In this document: positions 11,901 to 24,000 of the stretch, piece after piece
Numbering within the stretch: position 1 is the stretch's first letter
Layout: each line of letters starts with the position of its first letter
Assembly: GCF_009914755.1 (NCBI RefSeq)
Contig: NC_060947.1
Reading direction: 5' to 3' (one strand)
Source of the DNA: the human T2T-CHM13v2.0 reference genome, Homo sapiens
DNA length: 64,000 bases
Notes under the pieces: model-generated
Told to the model about the DNA's origin: nothing
What the model saw: the letters and a program-made list of their open reading frames with translations, nothing else
The model's database searches: none
Program-made: the position numbers and the translations under genes

Positions 11901-14900
11901 AAACTGCTCTATGAAAAGCAATGTTAAACTCTGCGGCTCGAACACAAACATCACAAAGCAGTTTCTGAGAATGCTTCAGTTTAGTTTTTCTCTGGAAATA
12001 TTCCCGTTTCCAAAGAAATCTTCAAAGAGGTCCACGTATCCACTTACAGATTCTACAAAAAGACAGTTTCAAAACTGCTCAATCAAAAGGAGGGTTCAAC
12101 TGTGTGACTTGAATGCAATCATCACTCAGAACTTTCTGAGAATGCTTCTCCTTAGTTTTTACATGAACATATACCCGTTTCGAACGAAGGCCACCCAGTG
12201 GTCCAAATATCCACTTGCAGATTCTACAGAAAGAGTGTTTCGAACCTGAACTCTCAAAGGCAGGTTCATCTCTGCGAGTTAAATGCATTCGTCATGAAGA
12301 ACTTTCTCAGCGTGTTTGTGTTTAGTTATGGGAAATTATTCCCGTTCCCAACGAAATCCTCAGAGAGGTCCAAATATCCACCTGCAGATTCTACCAAAAG
12401 TGTATTTGGAAACTGCTCCATCAACAGGCATGTTCAGCTCTGTGAGTGAAACTCCATCATCACAAAGAATATTCTGAGAATGCTTCCGTTTGCCTTTTAT
12501 ATGAAGTTCCTTCCTATACGACCGTAGGCCTCAAAGCAGTCCAAATCTCCATTTGCAGATTCTACAAAAAGAGTGATTCCAATCTGCTCTATCAATAGGA
12601 TTCTTCAACTCCATGAGTTGAATGCCATCCTCACAAAGTCGTTTCTGAGAATGCTTCTATCCAGTTTTTATGTGAAGATATTTCTTTTTCCACCACAGGC
12701 CTCAAAGCCCTCCAAACGTCCACTTGCAGATTCTCGAAAAAGAGTGTTTCAGAGCTGCTCTTTCAAAAGGAAAGTTCAACTCTGTTAGTTGAATACAAAC
12801 ATCACAAAGTAGTTTCCGAGAATGCTTCTGTTTAGTTCTTATGTGAAGATGATCCCGTTTAAAGTGAAATCTCCAAAGAGGTCCACATATCCCCTTGCAG
12901 ATTCCAAAGAAAGAGGGTTTCAAAACTGCTCCATCAAGAGGATTGTTCAACTCTGTGAGTTGAATGCAGTCATCGCAGAAAACTTTCTGAGAATGCTTCT
13001 GTCTAGGTTTGATGTGAAGATATAGACGTTTCAAACGAAGGCTACAAAGTGGTCAAAATATACACTTGCAGATTCTACTACAAGGGTGTTGCAAACCTGA
13101 ACTATCAAAGGAAGGTTCAACTCTGTGGGTTGAATACAAACATCGCAAAGAATGCTCTGAGTTTGCTTCCGTTCAGTTATGGGAAGTTGATCCCGTTCCC
13201 AACGAAATCCTCAGAGAGGTCCAAATATCCCCTTGCAGATTCTACAAAACGTGTGTTTGGAAACTGCTCCATCATAACGAATGTTCAGCTCTCTGAGTTA
13301 AACTCCATCGTCACAAAGAATTTTCTGAGAGTGCTACCGTCTAGTTTTTATATGAAGTTCTTTCCTTTACTACCACAGGCCTCAAAGCGGTCCAAATCTC
13401 CACTTGCAGATTCTACAAAAAGAGTGTCTGCAAACTGCTCTATCAAAAGGAATGTTCAACTCTGGGAGTTGAATGCAATCATCACAGAGCAGTTTCTGAG
13501 AAGGCTTCTATGTCGTTTTTAGGAGAAGATATTTCCTTTTCCAACACAGTCCTCCAAGCCCGCTAAATATCCACTTGCACATTGTAGAAAAAGTGTGTCG
13601 AAGCTGCGCTATCAAAGGGAAAGTTCAACTCTGTGAGGTGAATGCAAACATCCCAAAGAAGTTTCTGAGAATGCTTCCGTTTAGCTTTTAGGTGAAGATT
13701 ATCCCGTTTCCAACGAAAGCTTCAAAGAGGTCCAAATATCCCCTTGCGGATCCCACAGAAAGAGTGTTTCAAAACTGCTGTTTCAAAAGGAATCTTCAAC
13801 TCTGTGAGTTGAATGCAATCATCACAAAGAAGTTTCTGACAATGCTTCTCTCTCGTCTTTCTGTGAAGATAAAGGAAAAGGCTTTCAGGCCTTTTCCACC
13901 ACAGGCCTGAAAGCGCTCCAAATGTCCACTTGCAGATTCTGCCAAAAGAATATTTCAAAACTGCTCTATGAAAAGCAATGTTAAACTCTGCGGCTCGAAC
14001 ACAAACATCACAAAGCAGTTTCTGAGAATGCTTCAGTTTAGTTTTTCTGTGGAAATATTCCCGTTTCCAAAGAAATCTTCAAAGAGGTCCACGTATCCAC
14101 TTACAGATTCTACAAAAAGACAGTTTCAAAACTGCTCAATCAAAAGGAGGGTTCAACTGTGTGACTTGAATGCAATCATCACTCAGAAGTTTCTGAGAAT
14201 GCTTCTCTTTAGTTTTTACGTGAACATATACCCGTTTCGAACGAAGGCCACCCAGTGGTCCAAATATCCACTTGCAGATTCTACAGAAAGAGTGTTTCGA
14301 ACCTGAACTCTCAAAGGCAGCTTCATCTCTGCGAGTTAAATGCATTCGTCATGAAGAACTTTCTCAGCGTGTTTGTGTTTAGTTATGGGAAATTATTCCC
14401 GTTCCCAACGAAATCCTCAGAGAGGTCCAAATGTCCACCTGCAGATTCTACCAAAAGTGTATTTGGAAACTGCTCCATCAACAGGCATGTTCAGCTCTGT
14501 GAGTGAAACTCCATCATCACAAAGAATATTCTGAGAATGCTTCCGTTTGCCTTTTATATGAAGTTCCTTCCTATACGACCGTAGGCCTCAAAGCAGTCCA
14601 AATCTCCATTTGCAGATTCTACAAAAAGAGTGATTCCAATCTGCTCTATCAATAGGATTGTTCAACTCCATGAGTTGAATGCCATCCTCACAAAGTCGTT
14701 TCTGAGAATGCTTCTATTTAGTTTTTATGTGAAGATATTTCCTTTTCCACCACAGGCCTCAAAGCCCTCCAAACGTCCACTTGCAGATCCTCGAAAAAGA
14801 GTGTTTCATAGCTGCTCTTTCAAAAGGAAAGTTCAACTCTGGGAGTTGAATACAAACATCACAAAGTAGTTTCCGAGAATGCTTCTGTTTAGTTCTTATG

Positions 14901-15348
14901 TGAAGATGATCCCGTTTCCAGTGAAATCTTCAAAGAGGTCCACATATCCCCTTGCAGATTCCAAAGAAAGAGGGTTTCAAAACTGCTCCATCAAAAGGAT
15001 TGTTCAACTCTGTGAGCTGAATGCAGTCATCACAGAAAACTTTCTGAGAATGCTTCTGTCTAGGTTTGATGTGAAGATATAGACGTTTCAAACGAAGGCT
15101 ACAAAGTGGTGAAAATATACACTTGCAGATTCCACTACAAGGGTGTTGCAAACCTGAACTATCAAAGGAAGGTTCAACTCTGTGAGTTGAATACAAACAT
15201 CGCAAAGAATGTTCTGAGTTTGCTTCCGTTCAGTTATGGGAAGTTGATCCCGTTTACAACGAAATCCTCAGAGAGGTCCAAATATCCCCTTGCAGATTCT
15301 ACAAAACGTGTGTTTGGAAACTGCTCCATCATAACGAATGTTCAGCTC
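2915..15348. repeat. Tandem duplication of a 3-HOR block (period 6171 bp)
   Basis: Private SNVs repeat at +6171: 'tctttatttt' 3075/9246, 'caaggaggt' 3438/9609, 'tttcgcacc' 4010/10181, 'caaccccat' 4378/10549, 'ctgttagtt' 6611/12782, 'ggcagctt' 8145/14316. ORF-track translations are identical at this offset. Flanking mismatches are at 2914/9085 and 9178/15349. Confidence 0.9.
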
Positions 15349-18010
15349 CCTGAGTTAAACTCCATCGTCACAAAGAATTTTCTGAGAGTGCTACCGTCTA
15401 GTTTTTATATGAAGTTCTTTCCTTTACTACCACAGGCCTCAAAGCGGTCCAAATCTCCACTTGCAGATCCTACAAAAAGAGTGTCTGCAAACTGCTCTAT
15501 CAAAAGGAATGTTCAACTCTGGGAGTTGAATGCAATCATCACAGAGCAGTTTCTGAGAATGCTTCTATGTCGTTTTTAGGAGAAGATATTTCCTTTTCCA
15601 ACACAGTCCTCCAAGCCCGCTAAATAGCCACTTGCACATTGTAGAAAAAGTGTGTCGAAGCTGCGCTATCAAAGGGAAAGTTCAACTCTGTGAGGTGAAT
15701 GCAAACATCCCAAAGAAGTTTCTGAGAATGCTTCCGTTTAGCTTTTAGGTGAAGATTATCCCGTTTGCAACGAAATCTTCAAAGAGGTCCAAATATCCCC
15801 TTGCGGATCCCACAGAAAGAGTGTTTCGAAACTGCTGTTTCAAAAGGAATCTTCAACTCTGTGAGTTGAATGCAATCATCACAAAGAAGTTTCTGACAAT
15901 GCTTCTCTCTCGTCTTTCTGTGAAGATAAAGGAAAAGGCTTTCAGGCCTTTTCCACCACAGGCCTGAAAGCGCTCCAAATGTCCACTTGCAGATTCTGCC
16001 AAAAGAATATTTCAAAACTGCTCTATGAAAAGCAATGTTAAACTCTGCGGCTCGAACACAAACATCACAAAGCAGTTTCTGAGAATGCTTCAGTTTAGTT
16101 TTTCTGTGGAAATATTCCCGTTTCCAAAGAAATCTTCAAAGAGGTCCACGTATCCACTTACAGATTCTACAAAAAGACAGTTTCAAAACTGCTCAATCAA
16201 AAGGAGGGTTCAACTGTGTGACTTGAATGCAATCATCACTCAGAACTTTCTGAGAATGCTTCTCCTTAGTTTTTACATGAACATATACCCGTTTCGAACG
16301 AAGGCCACCCAGTGGTCCAAATATCCACTTGCAGATTCTACAGAAAGAGTGTTTCGAACCTGAACTCTCAAAGGCAGGTTCATCTCTGCGAGTTAAATGC
16401 ATTCGTCATGAAGAACTTTCTCAGCGTGTTTGTGTTTAGTTATGGGAAATTATTCCCGTTCCCAACGAAATCCTCAGAGAGGTCCAAATGTCCACCTGCA
16501 GATTCTACCAAAAGTGTATTTGGAAACTGCTCCATCAACAGGCATGTTCAGCTCTGTGAGTGAAACTCCATCATCACAAAGAATATTCTGAGAATGCTTC
16601 CGTTTGCCTTTTATATGAAGTTCCTTCCTATACGACCGTAGGCCTCAAAGCAGTCCAAATCTCCATTTGCAGATTCTACAAAAAGAGTGATTCCAATCTG
16701 CTCTATCAATAGGATTGTTCAACTCCATGAGTTGAATGCCATCCTCACAAAGTCGTTTCTGAGAATGCTTCTATCTAGTTTTTATGTGAAGATATTTCCT
16801 TTTGCACCACAGGCCTCAAAGCCCTCCAAACGTCCACTTGCAGATTCTCGAAAAAGAGTGTTTCATAGCTGCTCTTTCAAAAGGAAAGTTCAACTCTGGG
16901 AGTTGAATACAAACATCACAAAGTAGTTTCCGAGAATGCTTCTGTTTAGTTTTTATGTGAAGATGATCCCGTTTCCAGTGAAATCTTCAAAGAGGTCCAC
17001 ATATCCCCTTGCAGATTCCAAAGAAAGAGGGTTTCAAAACTGCTCCATCAAAAGGATTGTTCAACTCTGTGAGTTGAATGCAGTCATCGCAGAAAACTTT
17101 CTGAGAATGCTTCTGTCTAGGTTTGATGTGAAGATATAGACGTTTCAAACGAAGGCTACAAAGTGGTCAAAATATACACTTGCAGATTGTACTACAAGGG
17201 TGTTGCAAACCTGAACTATCAAAGGAAGGTTCAACTCTGTGGGTTGAATACAAACATCACAAAGAATGTTCTGAGTTTGGTTCCGTTCAGTTATGGGAAG
17301 TTGATCCCGTTCCCAACAAAATCCTCAGAGAGGTCCAAATATCCCCTTGCAGATTCTACAAAACGTGTGTTTGGAAACTGCTCCATCATAACGAATGTTC
17401 AGCTCTCTGAGTTAAACTCCATCGTCACAAAGAATTTTCTGAGAGTGCTACCGTCTAGGTTTTATATGAAGTTCTTTCCTTTACTACCACAGGCCTCAAA
17501 GCGGTCCAAATCTCCACTTGCAGATCCTACAAAAAGAGTGTCTGCAAACTGCTCTATCAAAAGGAATGTTCAACTCTGGGAGTTGAATGCAATCATCACA
17601 GAGCAGTTTCTGAGAATGCTTCTATGTCGTTTTTAGGAGAAGATATTTCCTTTTCCAACACAGTCCTCCAAGCCCGCTAAATATCAACTTGCACATTGTA
17701 GAAAAAGTGTGTCGAAGCTGCGCTATCAAAGGGAAAGTTCAACTCTGTGAGGTGAATGCAAACATCCCAAAGAAGTTTCTGAGAATGCTTCCGTTTAGCT
17801 TTTAGGTGAAGATTATCCCGTTTGCAACGAAATCTTCAAAGAGTTCCAAATATCCCCTTGCGGATCCCACAGAAAGAGTGTTTCGAAACTGCTGTTTCAA
17901 AAGGAATCTTCAACTCTGTGAGTTGAATGCAATCATCACAAAGAAGTTTCTGACAATGCTTCTCTCTCGTCTTTCTGTGAAGATAAAGGAAAAGGCTATC
18001 AGGCCTTTGC

Positions 18011-18030
18011 CACCACAGGCAAATTCTGCC
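18011..18030. other. 27-bp deletion junction (variant HOR of 2030 bp)
   Basis: The sequence reads caccacaggc|aaattctgcc instead of caccacaggc-ctgaaagcgctccaaatgtccacttgc-agattctgcc. HOR spacing 16687 to 18717 is 2030 bp. Confidence 0.95.
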
Positions 18031-21000
18031 AAAAGAATATTTCAAAACTGCTCTATGAAAAGCAATGTTAAACTCTGTGGCTCGAACACAAACATCACAA
18101 AGCGGTCTCTGAGAATGCTTCAGTTTAGTTTTTCTGTGGAAATATTCCCGTTTCCAAAGAAATCTTCAAAGAGGTCCACGTATCCACTTACAGATTCTAC
18201 AAAAAGACAGTTTCAAAACTGCTCCATCAAAAGGAGGGTTCAACTGTGTGACTTGAATGCAATCATCACTCAGAAGTTTCTGAGAATGCTTCTCTTTAGT
18301 TTTTACGTGAACATATACCCTTTTCGAACGAAGGCCACCCAGTGGTCCAAATGTCCACTTGCAGATTCTACAAAAAGAGTGTTTCGAACCTGAACTCTCA
18401 AAGGCAGGTTCATCTCTGCGAGTTAAATGCATTCATCATGAAGAACTTTCTCAGAGTGTTTGTGTTTAGTTATGGGAAATTATTCCCGTTTCCAACGAAA
18501 TCCTCAGAGAGCTCCAAATATCCACCTGCAGATTCTACCAAAAGTGTATTTGGAAACTGCTCCATCAAAAGGCATGTTCAGCTCTGTGAGTGAAACTCCA
18601 TCATCACAAAGAATATTCTGAGAATGCTTCCGTTTGCCTTTTATATGAAGTTCCTTCCTATACGACCGTAGGCCTCAAAGCAGTCCAAATCTCCATTTGC
18701 AGATTCTACAAAAAGAGTGATTCCAATCTGCTCTATCAATAGGATTGTTCAACTCCATGAGTTGAATGCCATCCTCACAAAGTCGTTTCTGAGAATGCTT
18801 CTATCTAGTTTTTATGTGAAGATATTTCCTTTTCCACCACAGGCCTCAAAGCCCTCCAAACGTCCACTTGCAGATTCTCGAAAAAGAGTGTTTCATAGCT
18901 GCTCTTTCAAAAGGAAAGTTCAACTCTGGGAGTTGAATACAAACATCACAAAGTAGTTTCCGAGAATGCTTCTGTTTAGTTCTTATGTGAAGATGATCCC
19001 GTTTCCAGTGAAATCTTCAAAGAGGTCCACATATCCCCTTGCAGATTCCAAAGAAAGAGGTTTTCAAAACTGCTCCATCAGAAGGATTGTTCAACTCTGT
19101 GAGTTGAATGCAGTCATCGCAGAAAACTTTCTGAGAATGCTTCTGTCTAGGTTTGATGTGAAGATATAGACGTTTCAAACGAAGGCTACAAAGTGGTCAA
19201 AATATACACTTGCAGATTCTACTACAAGGGTGTTGCAAACCTGAACTATCAAAGGAAGGTTCAACTCTGTGGGTTGAATACAAACATCGCAAAGAATGTT
19301 CTGAGTTTGCTTCCGTTCAGTTATGGGAAGTTGATCCCCTTCCCAACGAAATCCTCAGAGAGGTCCAAATATCCCCTTGCAGATTCTACAAAACGTGTGT
19401 TTGGAAACTGCTCCATCATAACGAATGTTCAGCTCTCTGAGTTAAACTCCATCGTCACAAAGAATTTTCTGAGAGTGCTACCGTCTAGTTTTTATATGAA
19501 GTTCTTTCCTTTACTACCACAGGCCTCAAAGCGGTCCAAATCTCCACTTGCAGATTCTACAAAAAGAGTGTCTGCAAACTGCTCTATCAAAAGGAATGTT
19601 CAACTCTGGGAGTTGAATGCAATCATCACAGAGCAGTTTCTGAGAAGGCTTCTATGTCGTTTTTAGGAGAAGATATTTCCTTTTCCAACACAGTCCTCCA
19701 AGCCCGCTAAATATCCACTTGCACATTGTAGAAAAAGTGTGTCGAAGCTGCGCTATCAAAGGGAAAGTTCAACTCTGTGAGGTGAATGCAAACATCCCAA
19801 AGAAGTTTCTGAGAATGCTTCCGTTTAGCTTTTACCTGAAGATTATCCCGTTTCCAACGAAAGCTTCAAAGAGGTCCAAATATCCCCTTGCGGATCCCAC
19901 AGAAAGAGTGTTTCGAAACTGCTGTTTCAAAAGGAATCTTCAACTCTGTGAGTTGAATGCAATCATCACAAAGAAGTTTCTGACAATGCTTCTCTCTCGT
20001 CTTTCTGTGAAGATAAAGGAAAAGGCTTTCAGGCCTTTTCCACCACAGGCCTGAAAGCGCTCCAAATGTCCACTTGCAGATTCTGCCAAAAGAATATTTC
20101 AAAACTGCTCTATGAAAAGCAATGTTAAACTCTGCGGCTCGAACACAAACATCACAAAGCAGTTTCTGAGAATGCTTCAGTTTAGTTTTTCTGTGGAAAT
20201 ATTCCCGTTTCCAAAGAAATCTTCAAAGAGGTCCACGTATCCACTTACAGATTCTACAAAAAGACAGTTTCAAAACTGCTCAATCAAAAGGAGGGTTCAA
20301 CTGTGTGACTTGAATGCAATCATCACTCAGAACTTTCTGAGAATGCTTCTCTTTAGTTTTTACGTGAACATATACCCGTTTCGAACGAAGGCCACCCAGT
20401 GGTCCAAATATCCACTTGCAGATTCTACAGAAAGAGTGTTTCGAACCTGAACTCTCAAAGGCAGGTTCATCTCTGCGAGTTAAATGCATTCGTCATGAAG
20501 AACTTTCTCAGCGTGTTTGTGTTTAGTTATGGGAAATTATTCCCGTTCCCAACGAAATCCTCAGAGAGGTCCAAATATCCACCTGCAGATTCTACCAAAA
20601 GTGTATTTGGAAAGTGCTCCATCAACAGGCATGTTCAGCTCTGTGAGTGAAACTCCATCATCACAAAGAACATTCTGAGAATGCTTCCGTTTGCCTTTTA
20701 TATGAAGTTCCTTCCTATACGACCGTAGGCCTCAAAGCAGTCCAAATCTCCATTTGCAGATTCTACAAAAAGAGTGATTCCAATCTGCTCTATCAATAGG
20801 ATTGTTCAACTCCATGAGTTGAATGCCATCCTCACAAAGTCGTTTCTGAGAATGCTTCTATCTAGTTTTTATGTGAAGATATTTCCTTTTGCACCACAGG
20901 CCTCAAAGCCCTCCAAACGTCCACTTGCACATTCTCGAAAAAGACTGTTTCATAGCTGCTCTTTCAAAAGGAAAGTTCAACTCTGGGAGTTGAATACAAA

Positions 21001-24000
21001 CATCACAAAGTAGTTTCCGAGAATGCTTCTGTTTAGTTCTTATGTGAAGATGATCCCGTTTCCAGTGAAATCTTCAAAGAGGTCCACATATCCCCTTGCA
21101 GATTCCAAAGAAAGAGGGTTTCAAAACTGCTCCATCAAAAGGATTGTTCAACTCTGTGAGTTGAATGCAGTCATCGCAGAAAACTTTCTGAGAATGCTTC
21201 TGTCTAGGTTTGATGTGAAGATATAGACGTTTCAAACGAAGGCTACAAAGTGGTCAAAATATACACTTGCAGATTCTACTACAAGGGTGTTGCAAACCTG
21301 AACTATCAAAGGAAGGTTCAACTCTGTGGGTTGAATACAAACATCGCAAAGAATGCTCTGAGTTTGCTTCCGTTCAGTTATGGGAAGTTGATCCCCTTCC
21401 CAACGAAATCCTCAGAGAGGTCCAAATATCCCCTTGCAGATTCTACAAAACGTGTGTTTGGAAACTGCTCCATCATAACGAATGTTCAGCTCTCTGAGTT
21501 AAACTCCATCGTCACAAAGAATTTTCTGAGAGTGCTACCGTCTAGTTTTTATATGAAGTTCTTTCCTTTACTACCACGGGCCTCAAAGCGGTCCAAATCT
21601 CCACTTGCAGATTCTACAAAAAGAGTGTCTGCAAACTGCTCTATCAAAAGGAATGTTCAACTCTGGGAGTTGAATGCAATCATCACAGAGCAGTTTCTGA
21701 GAAGGCTTCTATGTCGTTTTTAGGAGAAGATATTTCCTTTTCCAACACAGTCCTCCAAGCCCGCTAAATATCCACTTGCACATTGTAGAAAAAGTGTGTC
21801 GAAGCTGCGCTATCAAAGGGAAAGTTCAACTCTGTGAGGTGAATGCAAACATCCCAAAGAAGTTTCTGAGAATGCTTCCGTTTAGCTTTTAGGTGAAGAT
21901 TATCCCGTTTCCAACGAAAGCTTCAAAGAGGTCCAAATATCCCCTTGCGGATCCCACAGAGAGAGTGTTTCGAAACTGCTGTTTCAAAAGGAATCTTCAA
22001 CTCTGTGAGTTGAATGCAATCATCACAAAGAAGTTTCTGACAATGCTTCTCTCTCGTCTTTCTGTGAAGATAAAGGAAAAGGCTTTCAGGCCTTTTCCAC
22101 CACAGGCCTGAAAGCGCTCCAAATGTCCACTTGCAGATTCTGCCAAAAGAATATTTCAAAACTGCTCTATGAAAAGCAATGTTAAACTCTGCGGCTCGAA
22201 CACAAACATCACAAAGCAGTTTCTGAGAATGCTTCAGTTTAGTTTTTCTGTGGAAATATTCCCGTTTCCAAAGAAATCTTCAAAGAGGTCCACGTATCCA
22301 CTTACAGATTCTACAAAAAGACAGTTTCAAAACTGCTCCATCAAAAGGAGGGTTCAACTGTGTGACTTGAATGCAATCATCACTCAGAAGTTTCTGAGAA
22401 TGCTTCTCTTTAGTTTTTACGTGAACATATACCCGTTTCGAACGATGGCCACCCAGTGGTCCAAATATCCACTTGCAGATTCTACAGAAAGAGTGTTTCG
22501 AACCTGAACTCTCAAAGGCAGGTTCATCTCTGCGAGTTAAATGCATTCGTCATGAAGAACTTTCTCAGCGTGTTTGTGTTTAGTTATGGGAAATTATTCC
22601 CGTTCCCAACGAAATCCTCAGAGAGGTCCAAATGTCCACCTGCAGATTCTACCAAAAGTGTATTTGGAAACTGCTCCATCAACAGGCATGTTCAGCTCTG
22701 TGAGTGAAACTCCATCATCACAAAGAACATTCTGAGAATGCTTCCGTTTGCCTTTTATATGAAGTTCCTTCCTATACGACCGTAGGCCTCAAAGCAGTCC
22801 AAATCTCCATTTGCAGATTCTACAAAAAGAGTGATTCCAATCTGCTCTATCAATAGGATTGTTCAACTCCATGAGTTGAATGCCATCCTCACAAAGTCGT
22901 TTCTGAGAATGCTTCTATCTAGTTTTTATGTGAAGATATTTCCTTTTCCACCACAGGCCTCAAAGCCCTCCAAACGTCCACTTGCACATTCTCGAAAAAG
23001 ACTGTTTCATAGCTGCTCTTTCAAAAGGAAAGTTCAACTCTGGGAGTTGAATACAAACATCACAAAGTTGTTTCCGAGAATGCTTCTGTTTAGTTCTTAT
23101 GTGAAGATGATCCCGTTTCCAGTGAAATCTTCAAAGAGGTCCACATATCCCCTTGCAGATTCCAAAGAAAGAGGGTTTCAAAACTGCTCCATCAAAAGGA
23201 TTGTTCAACTCTGTGAGTTGAATGCAGTCATCGCAGAAAACTTTCTGAGAATGCTTCTGTCTAGGTTTGATGTGAAGATATAGACGTTTCAAACGAAGGC
23301 TACAAAGTGGTCAAAATATACACTTGCAGATTCTACTACAAGGGTGTTGCAAACCTGAACTATCAAAGGAAGGTTCAACTCTGTGGGTTGAATACAAACA
23401 TCGCAAAGAATGCTGTGAGTTTGCTTCCGTTCAGTTATGGGAAGTTGATCCCCTTCCAAACGAAATCCTCAGAGAGGTCCAAATATCCCCTTGCAGATTC
23501 TACAAAACGTGTGTTTGGAAACTGCTCCATCATAACGAATGTTCAGCTCTCTGAGTTAAACTCCATCGTCACAAAGAATTTTCTGAGAGTGCTACCGTCT
23601 AGTTTTTATATGAAGTTCTTTCCTTTACTACCACGGGCCTCAAAGCGGTCCAAATCTCCACTTGCAGATTCTACAAAAAGAGTGTCTGCAAACTGCTCTA
23701 TCAAAAGGAATGTTCAACTCTGGGAGTTGAATGCAATCATCACAGAGCAGTTTCTGAGAAGGCTTCTATGTCGTTTTTAGGAGAAGATATTTCCTTTTCC
23801 AACACAGTCCTCCAAGCCCGCTAAATATCCACTTGCACATTGTAGAAAAAGTGTGTCGAAGCTGCGCTATCAAAGGGAAAGTTCAACTCTGTGAGGTGAA
23901 TGCAAACATCCCAAAGAAGTTTCTGAGAATGCTTCCGTTTAGCTTTTAGGTGAAGATTATCCCGTTTCCAACGAAAGCTTCAAAGAGGTCCAAATATCCC

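Noticed and set aside
17806-18393. Longest ORF (195 aa)
   Set aside because: It arises only because the in-frame 27-bp deletion removes a TGA and fuses two satellite ORFs; there is no evidence of coding function.
22831-23283. 150-aa read-through ORF
   Set aside because: It results from a single TAG>TTG SNV in one HOR copy.
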